The notes: generated by a model not told the origin, from the sequence alone. A DNA stretch of 64,000 nt from Bacteroidales bacterium (GCA_017535665.1 JAFXTS010000011.1:12399-76398); one strand, 5' to 3'; positions 1 through 9,365 are shown, counted from the first letter of the stretch. Made by a program: numbers and translations.

Positions 1-634
1 TGGCAAGACCACGTTGGGGCGCACGCTGCTGCGGCTCATCGAACCCGACGAGGGTCGGATTTTCTACAAGGGACAAGATCTCACGAAGCTGTCGCAGCGA
101 CAGATGCGGGTGTTCAGAAAAGACTTGCAGATTATTTTACAAGACCCATATTCATCATTAAACCAAAGACTTACAGTGGGCGATACCATCATGGAGCCGA
201 TGCAGTTCCATCGCTTGTACGGCAACCAGCGCGAGCGACGCGAGAAGGCCATCGCCCTGCTGGAGCGGGTGGGGCTCAACGAAAGTCACTTCTATCGCTA
301 CCCGCACGAGTTTTCCGGCGGCCAGCGTCAGCGCATCTCCATCGCCCGCGCCCTCGCCGTCAACCCCCGCTTCATCATTTGCGATGAGTCGGTGTCGGCC
401 CTCGACGTGTCGGTGCAGGCACAGGTGCTCAACCTCCTTAACGAACTCAAACAGGAGTTCAAGTTTACCTATATCTTTATCTCTCACGACCTTTCAGTCG
501 TCAAGTTCATGTCAGACCGTATGGCGGTGATGCAGAACGGCGTCATCGTGGAGATGAACGATGCCGACGAAGTGTACCGCAACCCCCAAACCGATTATAC
601 GCGCACCCTCATCAGTGCCATCCCCACCTTTTAA
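1..634 (+). CDS. ABC transporter ATP-binding protein (Opp/Dpp-type ATPase domain), 5' end outside window
   Basis: The frame of ORF 14..634 stays open back to nt 2 and reads GKTTLGR (Walker A). ABC signature FSGGQRQRISIARAL, Walker B FIICDESVSALD and H-loop ISHDL are present. Confidence 0.9.
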   Translation, partial: GKTTLGRTLLRLIEPDEGRIFYKGQDLTKLSQRQMRVFRKDLQIILQDPYSSLNQRLTVGDTIMEPMQFHRLYGNQRERREKAIALLERVGLNESHFYRYPHEFSGGQRQRISIARALAVNPRFIICDESVSALDVSVQAQVLNLLNELKQEFKFTYIFISHDLSVVKFMSDRMAVMQNGVIVEMNDADEVYRNPQTDYTRTLISAIPTF

Positions 635-643
635 CCCATCACT

Positions 644-1720
644 ATGAGAAAAGCCATCCTTATCTCCCAAAATTCCATCCGCATACTGCTCGGTATCTTC
701 TTCATTGTGAGTGCCGTCATGAAAGTGCTCTCACTCGATACCTTCGTAATGTATGTGTATAGTTTTCAGTTGTTTCCATTTGTGCTGACGGAAATCGCCT
801 GCCGGCTGCTCATCGGCTTCGAGATGCTGTTAGGCGTGATGCTCATCCTGAAACTGCGCTACAAACTGGTGTGGTGGACTTCCATGGGACTGATGGTCGC
901 CTTCACCCTTTTCCTGATTTATACCGCCATTTTCCGCAACGACGACAATTGTCACTGTTTCGGCGACATTATCGAGGTGAAGCCGGTGGTTTCCATCTTT
1001 AAAAATGTGGCGGTGATGCTCTTCTTCCTCCTGATTTACGAGTGGAAGCGGTGCATTCTTCCTGCGGAGGAGAAGGAGGAAGAAGAGGTACCGAAGTTCC
1101 GGTTCAAGGACCTGTTTTTAGCCACCCCGTGGTATTCAAAAACCGCCAAAATCATCATCTATGTGGTGGCCGGACTGCTTATTTTCATCGCTACCTTTGT
1201 GCTGTTTCCGCCCACGGCCATCTACAATAAGATTTTCTCGAAAAACGACCTCGTGGCGACGCCCGTGTATGAGAAGGCGTTGACGGATTCGCTGGTCTAT
1301 CTGCATTATGAAAACATCTGCTACGATGAGGCGAAGGACACGGTGACGTTTCAGAAAGACACTGTGTATTGCCAGTTGGCGAAGGGCACCTATATTGTGC
1401 CGGTGGTGAGTGCGGGCTGCAAGTACTGCAAGCAGAGTTGCGAGTTGGTACACAACATTTTCGAGCGCAACCACTTGCCTGCCGACCATTTAGTGTTTTG
1501 GATATGGGGCGTGAACGATGCGCATTGTGGAAATTTCCTGCGGGTTACCCAATGCTGGGAGCATGAGGTTTACCGGATAAGTCCGCAGCTGGCGATTGAT
1601 ATGGTATATGGAACATTTCCCACCTTTCTGGTGGTGCGCGACGGGGAAATCATCGATGCTTTCGGCTACCGTGGGGTAGAGGAAAGCAAGATTGTGGACT
1701 ACGTGACGGAAAAGCGGTAA
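644..1720 (+). CDS. MauE/DoxX-like membrane protein fused to a thioredoxin-like CxxC domain
   Basis: Four N-terminal TM helices end in a CHCFGD motif typical of MauE/DoxX-type proteins. A fifth TM follows, then a C-terminal domain with SAGCKYCKQ (CxxC). It starts 10 nt after the ABC gene stop. Confidence 0.55.
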   Translation: MRKAILISQNSIRILLGIFFIVSAVMKVLSLDTFVMYVYSFQLFPFVLTEIACRLLIGFEMLLGVMLILKLRYKLVWWTSMGLMVAFTLFLIYTAIFRNDDNCHCFGDIIEVKPVVSIFKNVAVMLFFLLIYEWKRCILPAEEKEEEEVPKFRFKDLFLATPWYSKTAKIIIYVVAGLLIFIATFVLFPPTAIYNKIFSKNDLVATPVYEKALTDSLVYLHYENICYDEAKDTVTFQKDTVYCQLAKGTYIVPVVSAGCKYCKQSCELVHNIFERNHLPADHLVFWIWGVNDAHCGNFLRVTQCWEHEVYRISPQLAIDMVYGTFPTFLVVRDGEIIDAFGYRGVEESKIVDYVTEKR

Positions 1721-1723
1721 GGA

Positions 1724-1945
1724 TTATTGTTCGCAAACCCATGTTTTGTTGGTAGCGAACACGGTGTCCTTGTTCATGCGGAACTGTTTGTCCTGACACT
1801 CTTCCTTGGTCATTTTGCCATAGTTGTGGGTCTCGTTGGCCTCTTCGGTGCTGGGGTGTACGCCGGTGCACACGCAGTCGCGTTTGCATGAAACTGACAG
1901 GATGACGATGATGGCCAAGAAGAAAATCGCGCTTATTTTTTTCAT
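1724..1945 (-). CDS. small Cys-rich lipoprotein (about 73 aa precursor)
   Basis: The internal start MKKISAIFFLAIIVILSVSC gives a lipoprotein signal with a lipobox Cys. The mature part has 4 more Cys. It is a paralog-like match to 21365..21580. Confidence 0.5.
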   Translation of the reverse strand: MKKISAIFFLAIIVILSVSCKRDCVCTGVHPSTEEANETHNYGKMTKEECQDKQFRMNKDTVFATNKTWVCEQ

Positions 1946-2082
1946 ATTGATAGATGAATTGCAAATTGGATTGCAAAAATACAACAATTATCCACGTAAT
2001 TGCAATTTTGTGGGAATTTTTTTGTAAATATGCCTCGTTTTTCGTCCCAAACCTTGATTGAGGAAAATCTCCCAACCCCAAT

Positions 2083-2110
2083 AAAAAAGGGCCGTCATTC
2101 CTGACAGCCC
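2083..2110 (-). terminator. Rho-independent terminator of the FISUMP operon
   Basis: On the minus strand, GGGCTGTCA-ggaa-TGACGGCCC is followed by TTTTTT. It lies 47 nt downstream of the stop at 2157. Confidence 0.65.
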
Positions 2111-2113
2111 TAT

Positions 2114-2152
2114 CAATTTTCAATTTTCAAATTTCAGTTTTCAGTTTTCAAC
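2114..2152. repeat. degenerate heptamer tandem array (TTTTCAA/TTTTCAG units) in a 3' UTR
   Basis: caattttcaattttcaaatttcagttttcagttttcaac lies between the stop codon (2157) and the terminator hairpin. The same repeat class occurs at 5 other loci. Confidence 0.8.
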
Positions 2153-2156
2153 TTCC

Positions 2157-5100
2157 TTAGTCTTTCACGCAACGGACGGAGAAAGCATAGCGTTTCGTAA
2201 TACTCGTACTACCATCTCCCGTATCATTTCTAATAGACAAATCTTTATTATTATAACCAACAGCAGTAAAGTATTCGCCTGTTGAAGTCCAAAAATTCAC
2301 AAATTGCTTAGTCAATTTATATCCTCCTCCACTAGTAGTTGGATTATATATGCCAGCGGGGTATGCATTAAATCCAGAGGCATTATTTGAACTTGGATTA
2401 TTGCCAGGGGCACACGAGGTGCCATCAGATGCCCAATTTTCAACACTTGCGAGCGAACGCGCCGATCCATTGCTACAACCATAGTGGTCTATCGCGTATG
2501 TATCCAAATCTTGCCAATCGGTCAGTGTTGCCACATGCCAGCCAGAGGGGCAGATACCGCGAGAGTCGTTCGCTGCAGCCCAATTGTAAAGATAACCCCA
2601 CGTATAGATTCTTTCTTCTGGATTGGGTGGTAAAGTTCCTCTGTTTGTATAAGGCGTATAGTAGTATGGGGTAGAGGAGGAATAAATATCTCCTGAAGTG
2701 GGGCTTCCAAAACCGATATCGTCTCCATTGGCATATTTCGTGGTGTACAAGCTGGTCAGAGTCCAGCATTTGTTTCCGTAAGCCTTTGTGGCATAGGTAT
2801 TTCCTGACGCGTCAGTTACTGTTGCAGAGGGACATACTGGAGGAATTCTCTCTTCTCTGCTGCTATATGCCGTTCCGTCACTTCCGATAGCGTATGCTCG
2901 TACATAATAAACAGTGCCAGCAGGAACATTCGGAATTACACAAGAATAACTCCCTACCGTAACTGCTCCAGTTGCTGCAATTTTATTGTCGGCGATGGTG
3001 GGATTCTGCGTTGTACTATAACAGATACCACGCTCTGTACAAACATCTGATCCGAGGTCATCAAGATTGCAATTCACTATATAACTGGTTCCCGTGCTGG
3101 GTTCTGCATCTGAAACACTAACTTTCAGAGTGGAACCATCACGCACACATCGTACGGAACGACCAATCAAATAGTCCTCACCATTCACGTCACGGGCGAT
3201 ACCTGCGTATTCGAACGAGATATCATAATTGTATGCAGCCCTAGCAGCAGCGTACTGGGTATCATTCTTTTTGAAACGCGTACAACTCCAGAAAAAGGCC
3301 CAGTTGCCCGTATAGGCGAAACTATTGGCATCATAGTGTATTGTGCCACCACCACTAATGGGGACATTGGTTTCATGATCCAAGAAGCAGCCAGCAGGGC
3401 GTGCACTGAAATGGGTAGCATTACGACCTAATGCTTGATAGTCGCCAGGGGAACCTGCCACATTTGATCTTTCCCACTCACAGCCAGTCACTAACTTGAT
3501 GGCCTCGTTGCCAACGAAATTATGTGGTTGATCGTCGTAATGTTGCCCAACGAAGCCAATGTTTCTCTCCAACGTCTGCCATTCCGTGGTGTCGGGCAGA
3601 TGCCAGCCATCAGGACAGATACCTTGAACATTATGCATGTTCATAGCAGGAGCCGTATTGTCCATGGCGGTGTACCAGTTGTACATCAAGCCGTATCGAG
3701 TTTCAAACTCAGAAAGAGTAAGACCAGTACTGGGGTCACAAATACCTCTACTGGGAATAGTACTAGCTGTTGTGGAGTAATAGATGTCGGCACGGTATCC
3801 TTGGTTTACATTATACGCAGGACTTAATGCTCGTCCATCGGCGAATTTTTTCACACGTAGGTTCTCCTTCATCCAGCACTGGTTACCGATTTGTACCACT
3901 TTATAATGATGACCCTCCACATCAACGAGTTCGCTGAGGGCACCAGCAGTTCCTACTTCATTACTTCTAATGTTTGAAACATTACAAGTGGTGGGTGTCT
4001 CGTTTTCAGGATCCCACGTTTTTAAGGTCAAATATACCGTACTATCGCAGCCTGCTGAAGTATGGAAAACATGGGAACGGGTGGGATTGGTCTGATAATC
4101 CGATGACGTCCATGTCTCAGTCCAAACATCACTTCCCTTACGGATAGTAAAGGAATAGGGCAATTGGCAAGCGCAAACCTCAATAGTATCTCTCTTGGTA
4201 TAGGGTCCAGCCACATTCACGGTGGCGGTCACATTACCCGTAGCGGTACAGGTGACGGGAGTGTTAATAGTGGCGGTTACGTAGGCAGTGTAGTCGGTCG
4301 CAGCCGTTAGATTCGGCGTGGTATAACTGCTGTTTGTAGCTCCACTGATGTCACTGCCGCCAGTAGCCCACTGGTAAGTGAGAGTGCCATTATTACCTGA
4401 TGCGGAAACTGTCAAGGTGGCAGGTTCGTCATAGCAAACGGTGGTGCCAGCCAAAGAAAGGGTTCCCACAGAAGCATTGTAAACATTGACCCTAGCTTGA
4501 TTTGAAGTCCGTGAAATGATACATCCGTTATAGTCGTTGGTCACCACACAGGTATAGTTTCTTGTACTGGTCAACGCGGGAGAGGTATAGCTTGTGTTGT
4601 TAGCACCGATGATAGTGGCATCGTCTATCCTCCACTGATAGGAGAGCGTTCCATTACCCGTAGCGCTTGCCGTCATGGTTGCAGTCGCACCCGAACAAAT
4701 GTCAATCGGCGAGGGCGTGATGGTAACATCCGTCAAGGTGGGGGTGTTGACCGTTACCGTTACATCTTTAACGGTGGCAGCTGAGGTACAGCCATCCTGT
4801 ACCGCCGTTATTGAGCAAGTATAGAGAGCTTCAGCCGTCAATGCATCAGTAGTGTAGCTTGCACTGGTGGCGCCGCTGATGGCGGTGCCGTTCTTCTTCC
4901 ACTGGTACTGCAGCGTGGCGCCGGTGCTGGCCGTCGCGTTGGCGGTCAGCGTGGTCGTGCTGCCGCTACAAATGGTGGTCGTACCAGAGATGGCACTTGC
5001 CGACACAACCTGCGGATCGCTTACGGTCACGGTCTTGCTGGCCGTGGCGGTACAGCCATTACTGGTGGTGGCCGTCACACTGTAGGTGCCGGCAGCGTTA

Positions 5101-6053
5101 TAGGTGGCTGTGTTCGTGCTCGATGAGGTCACATTAGAGCTCCATTCGTAGGTGCTGAAGCCCGTCGTGGCGGTCAGGTTGCCTGCGCCGCCCACACAGA
5201 TGGGATCATCGGGAGCAGAAATAGCCAGTGCGGGAACCGTATAGGTGGATACAGTTACGCTTTTCGAGCCGTCAACCGTAAGGCCGGAAGCGGTGATCTC
5301 GCACTTCACCGTATGGGTGCCTGTTACGGAGAATGTAGTGGTGTAGGTGCTGTTGGTCTCGCCCATCACTTCCACTCCGTCCAGGTGCCACTGGTAGGTG
5401 GGGGAGGTCATCGCCGGAGTGACGCTGGCCGTGTAGGTGGCCGACTGGCTGCCGCCGGGGCAGAACTGTACGGGGGTGGGGCCATCCACAGTCACCACGA
5501 AGCTGTTCTCAGTGGTGAAGGTCAGTGTATCGCCGTAGCCCGTGCCGCAGTCGTTGGTGGCGTAGGCGCGGTAGTAGTACGTAACGCCCGGGGTCAGACC
5601 CGTGACAGGCTCAGTGTATTGATTGTTATTGCATGTACAAATGGGGTAGTTGTTGCATGGATTGAAAGTATGCACAGGACTCGTCACCACTGTTGTCACA
5701 ATCATGGTGAAGTCCGCGTCGAGACTGATTTGGAAGCCTTGTCCCGTGATGCCGTTGCACCAGCCGTCGTGCAGGATATTGCCATGCAGGGTGGCGGAGG
5801 TGCTGGTGATATTGTCAGCCCCTTCGGTGTCCGCGATGGGACCGTAGGTCAGCAGTTGTCCGTTGGGGGTAACACGCGGCCAGCAGACGAGCTTACCATT
5901 CTCGTTTACATACGATTTGGAAGAAGCGGTCGTCGACTCACCCTGTTCGGTGACACCGTTCACGTTCTGCGTGAACCCCGCGAACGGCGCCAGGCAGAGC
6001 AGCCCGATGAACAGTGCCGCTAACACTTGATGTATATTCTTGAATTTATTCAT
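2157..6053 (-). CDS. giant secreted surface protein: Ig-like repeat array plus two FISUMP (Fibrobacter succinogenes major paralogous, TIGR02145-type) domains
   Basis: Signal peptide, then about 7 Ig-like repeats of about 75-90 aa (pattern C.G....LTA......YQW..NG..I.GAT...YT......Y.C). Two FISUMP signatures follow: YKVVQIGNQCWMKENL...YNW...GICPDGWHLPDTTEW...RCVRD and YATKAYGNKCWT...YNW...GICPSGWHVATLTDW...RCVKD. Confidence 0.85.
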   Translation of the reverse strand: MNKFKNIHQVLAALFIGLLCLAPFAGFTQNVNGVTEQGESTTASSKSYVNENGKLVCWPRVTPNGQLLTYGPIADTEGADNITSTSATLHGNILHDGWCNGITGQGFQISLDADFTMIVTTVVTSPVHTFNPCNNYPICTCNNNQYTEPVTGLTPGVTYYYRAYATNDCGTGYGDTLTFTTENSFVVTVDGPTPVQFCPGGSQSATYTASVTPAMTSPTYQWHLDGVEVMGETNSTYTTTFSVTGTHTVKCEITASGLTVDGSKSVTVSTYTVPALAISAPDDPICVGGAGNLTATTGFSTYEWSSNVTSSSTNTATYNAAGTYSVTATTSNGCTATASKTVTVSDPQVVSASAISGTTTICSGSTTTLTANATASTGATLQYQWKKNGTAISGATSASYTTDALTAEALYTCSITAVQDGCTSAATVKDVTVTVNTPTLTDVTITPSPIDICSGATATMTASATGNGTLSYQWRIDDATIIGANNTSYTSPALTSTRNYTCVVTNDYNGCIISRTSNQARVNVYNASVGTLSLAGTTVCYDEPATLTVSASGNNGTLTYQWATGGSDISGATNSSYTTPNLTAATDYTAYVTATINTPVTCTATGNVTATVNVAGPYTKRDTIEVCACQLPYSFTIRKGSDVWTETWTSSDYQTNPTRSHVFHTSAGCDSTVYLTLKTWDPENETPTTCNVSNIRSNEVGTAGALSELVDVEGHHYKVVQIGNQCWMKENLRVKKFADGRALSPAYNVNQGYRADIYYSTTASTIPSRGICDPSTGLTLSEFETRYGLMYNWYTAMDNTAPAMNMHNVQGICPDGWHLPDTTEWQTLERNIGFVGQHYDDQPHNFVGNEAIKLVTGCEWERSNVAGSPGDYQALGRNATHFSARPAGCFLDHETNVPISGGGTIHYDANSFAYTGNWAFFWSCTRFKKNDTQYAAARAAYNYDISFEYAGIARDVNGEDYLIGRSVRCVRDGSTLKVSVSDAEPSTGTSYIVNCNLDDLGSDVCTERGICYSTTQNPTIADNKIAATGAVTVGSYSCVIPNVPAGTVYYVRAYAIGSDGTAYSSREERIPPVCPSATVTDASGNTYATKAYGNKCWTLTSLYTTKYANGDDIGFGSPTSGDIYSSSTPYYYTPYTNRGTLPPNPEERIYTWGYLYNWAAANDSRGICPSGWHVATLTDWQDLDTYAIDHYGCSNGSARSLASVENWASDGTSCAPGNNPSSNNASGFNAYPAGIYNPTTSGGGYKLTKQFVNFWTSTGEYFTAVGYNNKDLSIRNDTGDGSTSITKRYAFSVRCVKD

Positions 6054-6091
6054 TGATGTTAGTCTAAATCAACCTAAACAAATTATTTAGC

Positions 6092-7375
6092 TTATTTTAC
6101 CCAATATACGAATTGGACGCGGTCGCTGGCAACAAGATCATAGTTGTTGTTATTGCCTTTCTGATACTGAGCTTTGGTTCCAGAAATTTTCACAACACTA
6201 TCAACGGTGTCACCAACGTACACACCGTTGATGTACATTTGTACGAGGTGGTTGTCGGTGTCAGGGGTTTCTCCAAGCTCAAATTCGTCCTGTGCAGTGG
6301 TGGCAGAGAATTTTTTGCTTTTCTGACTATAGGTGACGATCGTGATGGTCTGGTTGGTGCTCTGGTTCAGGGTGATGGTCTGGTCAGTTGAACCCTCCTG
6401 GTGGAAAGTGATGGTGCTGTTGTTCACGGTAGGAATCAAAGCATCCACCTCTGTTTTATTGTAAGTCTCACTCTTAGTGTAGTAGTTGGGACGAATGTTC
6501 GTATTCAAACTGTCGCTGATCTGAGCAGCCACGCAATCCTTAATAGAGTCACAAACGTGGGTGTTGAAGGTCTCCACGCGGGTCTCCAGAGTGTTGAGGT
6601 CAGTCGTCAAATGCTCAATCTCGTCATGGTTGATCTGAATGCTGTCGCGCATGTTCTGGATGTCGGGACAGGCCATCACGTCGGCGCAATTCTTGATGGT
6701 GTAATTCACGAGGCTGTCGTGGATGCAATCTGCAACCGAGTCGCAAACGTGGGTGTTGAAGGTCTCCACGCGGGTCTCCAAGGTGTTGAGGTCAGTCGTC
6801 AAATGCTCAATCTCTTCATAGTTGCTCTGAATACTGTCGCGCATGTTCTGGATGATGGGGCATGCTACCACATCGTCGCAATTCTTAATCTCGTAAGGAG
6901 TGAGGTGGTTCACAATCACCGTGTCAATAGCGTTGTTAGTAGTCGAGGAGCCGTTGGCGATGGCGTTGTCCACGCAACCCACCACTGTGCTACAGTCCAC
7001 ATTGGCGCTGAGTGCAAGCGGAACAGCATATACGGGGTTGCTTGTGGTAACGGTATTTTCACCCCAAGTGATGGTAGCTTCGATGGTGGCGTGTGCCCAG
7101 TCGATGGTGGCGAGATCGCCAGTCTGAGCGGTGCCCTCACCAATGATCAGGTTCAACAGACCGTTGATGTTGGTGTTGACAGCATTGTGGGTCTCAGAAA
7201 AAACGCTGGTGCCACTTACTTTAATGTCGATAGTCACATTGACGGTTTCATTGCTCGCCAAATGGTTGTCGCTGCTGCGGACCACTGCCTGGTAATTCAA
7301 TTTTGCGGCAGACTGTGCCATGGCAGCAGTCAAGCTCATCACTAAGATAACTAAGAACGTTACAAGCTTTTTCAT
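6092..7375 (-). CDS. secreted protein of unknown function with an internal 64-aa tandem duplication
   Basis: Signal peptide MKKLVTFLVILVMSLTAAMAQ. Two near-identical 64-aa units (NC.DV.ACP.IQNMRDSIQ...EIEHLTTDLNTLETRVETFNTHVCDS). It sits between two FISUMP genes on the same strand. Confidence 0.7.
   Translation of the reverse strand: MKKLVTFLVILVMSLTAAMAQSAAKLNYQAVVRSSDNHLASNETVNVTIDIKVSGTSVFSETHNAVNTNINGLLNLIIGEGTAQTGDLATIDWAHATIEATITWGENTVTTSNPVYAVPLALSANVDCSTVVGCVDNAIANGSSTTNNAIDTVIVNHLTPYEIKNCDDVVACPIIQNMRDSIQSNYEEIEHLTTDLNTLETRVETFNTHVCDSVADCIHDSLVNYTIKNCADVMACPDIQNMRDSIQINHDEIEHLTTDLNTLETRVETFNTHVCDSIKDCVAAQISDSLNTNIRPNYYTKSETYNKTEVDALIPTVNNSTITFHQEGSTDQTITLNQSTNQTITIVTYSQKSKKFSATTAQDEFELGETPDTDNHLVQMYINGVYVGDTVDSVVKISGTKAQYQKGNNNNYDLVASDRVQFVYWVK
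6500..6883. repeat. 2 x 192-bp in-frame tandem duplication inside CDS 6092..7375
   Basis: caaacgtgggtgttgaaggtctccacgcgggtctcca.. occurs at 6552 and again at 6744, a period of 192 nt. The core of about 100 nt is nearly identical. Confidence 0.85.
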
Positions 7376-7439
7376 AATTCGTTTTGTTGTAATGATTGAT
7401 TATTATTAATTTTTCTTTTTTTTACAATATTATGTAATG

Positions 7440-8816
7440 TTATTCAGCATCCATCAGACAGCGAACGCTGAGGGCGTAGTTTCTTGGAAGGTTCACGATG
7501 CCGTCGGGCTCGCAGCCGGGGCCGATCTCGCAGCCTGTAGATATTTCGGTATTCATCGGGGTGGTGGACCAGAGGTAGGCCTTCACGCCGAGGTTCTCAA
7601 AATAGCCGGTGGATGCGTTATAGTATCCTGCCGGAAGGAGGCTGAACCCGCTTTCATCGGTTCCGCTGAAGGGGATCCAGTCGTGGGTAGCCATCAAGGC
7701 CGTGGTTTCCACGGTGGTGTACAGCTCGGTCAGCTTAGCTCCATCGGGGAGATGCCAGCCATCGGGGCAAATACCCTGGTAGTTGCCGTTGGCATCGGGG
7801 CCGCCCGTACCCAGCATGGCGTCAAAGGTATAGAGTTTGCCGTATGTGGTGGGGTCGGGAGTGTTGGGATAGGTCATCACGCCATCGGCGATGGGCGTTC
7901 CGCCCACGTAGTTTTCAGGACGGAGGTTGGTCTTGGTCCAGCAGTCGTAGTTCACACGCACTGCATCATATATATTATTGTCACCGTCAGGACCGGACTG
8001 TGCCGGGCATTCCGGCCACAGGATGATAACCGGCTGGGTGAAGGTGACTACGGAGTCAGCGATGGTGATCGTCCAGGTCACTTCGGTAGTGTCGCCAGTG
8101 GGGAAGCAGAAGGTAGACTCATCGGGGGTATGGGTGATGGTGAGTTCAGAAGCGGAGAGCGGGTAGGTGGTGAGGTCATCGATGTCAGGGGTCTGCAGCG
8201 GGTTGTTGGGAGATACCAGTTCTTCGCAGGCATGACCGATGCGGCCTTGCTGCTTGACGGTGTCGTTGGGAGTCACACGATAGACGAGCATTTCCACGAT
8301 GCTATCGCAGCCTGACGCGGTGCTGTAAGTATTTGAGAGTTTGTGGGTAGTGGGATCCTCGGCAAGGCGCGTGTCGCCAGCCATCAGCACGGTAGTGTCC
8401 GCACCGTATTGGGTGGCGTGGATGGTGAGTGCCAGATTGATGATGCTATCATAGCCCAGCTCGATGCCGGCCAGAGAGTAACGGGAGGTGTCGAACACTT
8501 CATCCACCCCTTGCACGCTTACGTGGTTGAGGCTACCAGCGCGGGTAAAACCATATCCGCTGTAGTCATAGCCCTCGCAAACCTCATCGGTTTCGTTGGT
8601 GGTGACAAGGGTAGCGTTGTGAACGCCTTCATTGACCATCATTCCCGTGCCCACACCGGCCACGGTGAAAATCTGTCCAATTGTGCTTGTGGAACCACTG
8701 GCGGGATCATAAACGTCGCCGGAAGCAACAAAAGCATTTTGTTCTACCCATCCTTGTGCGTAGATTACGCAGCTAATACAAAGGGTTAAAAGCAAGGTAA
8801 CGGTTCTTTTCATCAT
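7440..8816 (-). CDS. secreted FISUMP-domain protein
   Basis: Signal peptide MMKRTVTLLLTLCISCVIYAQ. C-terminal FISUMP signature YDAVRVNYDCWTKTNL...GKLYTFDA...GICPDGWHLPDGAKL...SVRCLMD. Confidence 0.8.
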   Translation of the reverse strand: MMKRTVTLLLTLCISCVIYAQGWVEQNAFVASGDVYDPASGSTSTIGQIFTVAGVGTGMMVNEGVHNATLVTTNETDEVCEGYDYSGYGFTRAGSLNHVSVQGVDEVFDTSRYSLAGIELGYDSIINLALTIHATQYGADTTVLMAGDTRLAEDPTTHKLSNTYSTASGCDSIVEMLVYRVTPNDTVKQQGRIGHACEELVSPNNPLQTPDIDDLTTYPLSASELTITHTPDESTFCFPTGDTTEVTWTITIADSVVTFTQPVIILWPECPAQSGPDGDNNIYDAVRVNYDCWTKTNLRPENYVGGTPIADGVMTYPNTPDPTTYGKLYTFDAMLGTGGPDANGNYQGICPDGWHLPDGAKLTELYTTVETTALMATHDWIPFSGTDESGFSLLPAGYYNASTGYFENLGVKAYLWSTTPMNTEISTGCEIGPGCEPDGIVNLPRNYALSVRCLMDAE

Positions 8817-9031
8817 CTGAATTATGCGCCTATTTTATGCTAGAGTTTTTAATTGTATTTATTTCAATATTAATGAAGTAGAAATTTCTCTCTACCTTTT
8901 TTACAAAATCAATCGGTATTAACATTTGCATCTACTTAGAAATTAATGAGTTATAAAAACCATGTTATACATTAAAAAGACCTGCAAAAATAGCCATTTT
9001 CTTAAGAAGGCTGAGGCTTTCCGCCCTATCA

Positions 9032-9063
9032 TTCAGCGAAAGAACAAGATGTTTCAGCAAAAT
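9032..9063 (-). promoter_or_regulatory. pair of motif-2 direct repeats (TTTCGCTGAA-type) phased at 21 bp, upstream of the FISUMP operon
   Basis: On the plus strand, ttcagcgaaa at 9032 and ttcagcaaaa at 9053 are offset by exactly 21 nt. The same repeat and spacing occur at 27987 and 43627. Confidence 0.5.
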
Positions 9064-9217
9064 TAACAAACCAATAAAAGGGGAGACTCTTACAAGTGTT
9101 AAAATTTTCTGAAACAAAATTGTCTTAAAATTTAACAGGGGAAAATGTGGTGGTATTTCGGGAATGCAATTTGAGGAAAATTTTCGGCTCTTTTGCCGAG
9201 CATGGCGAAAAAAGTTG

Positions 9218-9225
9218 TATTTTTG
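9218..9225 (+). promoter_or_regulatory. Bacteroidota -7 promoter box (TATTTTTG) for tRNA-Ser
   Basis: Matches TAnnTTTG, 5 nt upstream of the first tRNA nucleotide. Confidence 0.55.
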
Positions 9226-9229
9226 CCGC

Positions 9230-9316
9230 GGAAAGTTGCCGGAGTGGTCGAACGGGGCAGACTCGAAATCTGTTGAACCCTTCGGGGTTCCGGGGGTTCG
9301 AATCCCTCACTTTCCG
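9230..9316 (+). tRNA. tRNA-Ser (anticodon CGA), class II with long variable arm, no encoded CCA
   Basis: Acceptor stem GGAAAGT/ACTTTCC. Anticodon stem-loop GCAGA-CTCGAAA-TCTGT, variable arm GAACCCTTCGGGGTTC and T-arm GGGGGTTCGAATCCCTC. Confidence 0.9.
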
Positions 9317-9324
9317 CAAACAAA

Positions 9325-9349
9325 AAGGCGATGCTTTTTGCATCGCCTT
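9325..9349 (+). terminator. hairpin terminator after tRNA-Ser
   Basis: Perfect 10-bp stem AAGGCGATGC-ttttt-GCATCGCCTT. Confidence 0.6.
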
Positions 9350-9365
9350 AATTGTTTTCAGGAAG

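Noticed and set aside
6401-8315. Long plus-strand ORFs (6401..7345 and 7437..8315) opposite the FISUMP operon, and 5313..6023 opposite the giant gene
   Set aside because: The minus frames have signal peptides and FISUMP signatures. The plus ORFs are Gly/Val/His-rich shadows.
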